Below are positions 63,513 to 64,000 of a DNA stretch of 64,000 bases, piece by piece (the first letter of the stretch is position 1; each line of letters starts with the position of its first letter). Origin of the DNA: Chrysomallon squamiferum. Lineage: Eukaryota; Animalia; Mollusca. Below the pieces are notes generated by a model, which saw nothing but the letters and a program-made list of their open reading frames with translations, was not told the DNA's origin and searched no databases. The translations under genes and the position numbers were made by a program. Location: positions 34,410,001-34,474,000 of the forward strand of contig CM022670.1 in assembly GCA_012295275.1 (NCBI GenBank), written 5' to 3'.

Positions 63513-64000
63513 CTGACAAACAGAAAAATAATTAAAATTTTGATTCATCTAATCAAGTGAAGAGTATAATTTTGTATTTTTATTACTATTTTTATATCTT
63601 TTACAGTCTTATATTGAGAAGACACCACCACAAAATTATCCTACTGATAATATTGTATTTACAAATGAGTATCTTATTGGTAAGAATTCTAAAAGACTTA
63701 AAGGATATGTGTGGCACTATGAATAAATGGTCTTAACAAATTTTCTTCAACTACCAAGTTATTGTTTTATTGTTTTGATCAATCTATCATAACAAAATAT
63801 GACATTAAAATGATGCTGTTACAAGATACCAAAGCACTGCCATTTTATCACTTGACAACTGTTACCATGACATTATTGTGTATATGGCACATGGCAGACT
63901 GAAAAGAAACTTCAAAACAAAATGGTCTACCTGTACATGTTGAGGTCATGTTTACAGAAAAATGGCAACACCAAGATATTTCTAAACTGTAATTTTCTGT

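Overview
AT-rich, microsatellite-dense animal genomic DNA (invertebrate, probably mollusc-like; this is inferred from composition and gene content). Three spliced protein-coding genes could be rebuilt by hand, with GT-AG boundaries and consistent intron phases. (1) On the + strand, the 3' part of a MuSK/Nrk-type receptor tyrosine kinase: two Frizzled-CRD exons, one kringle exon, and one terminal exon holding the TM segment and the entire kinase domain (8658-24503). (2) On the - strand, a TEX26-like gene (about 46224 to 36994) with two candidate alternative last exons and an apparent 1-nt frameshift in its first coding exon. (3) On the - strand, the 3' 11 exons of CWH43/PGAP2-interacting protein (63512 to 57639). 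Introns hold several minisatellites (two with higher-order structure), a Tc1/mariner-type MITE and probable decayed SINE cores. The most notable observations are: a recursive-splice-like AG|GTGAGT site at the start of the frame-symmetric kringle exon; sharp CpG-depleted/CpG-rich domain boundaries near 29 kb and 55 kb; and four perfect CRE palindromes confined to the CpG-rich domain, three of them followed by strong minus-strand splice donors, which may mark unannotated first exons. No prokaryotic-type system, CRISPR array, tRNA or rRNA was found, and I cannot claim a new biological system from sequence alone.
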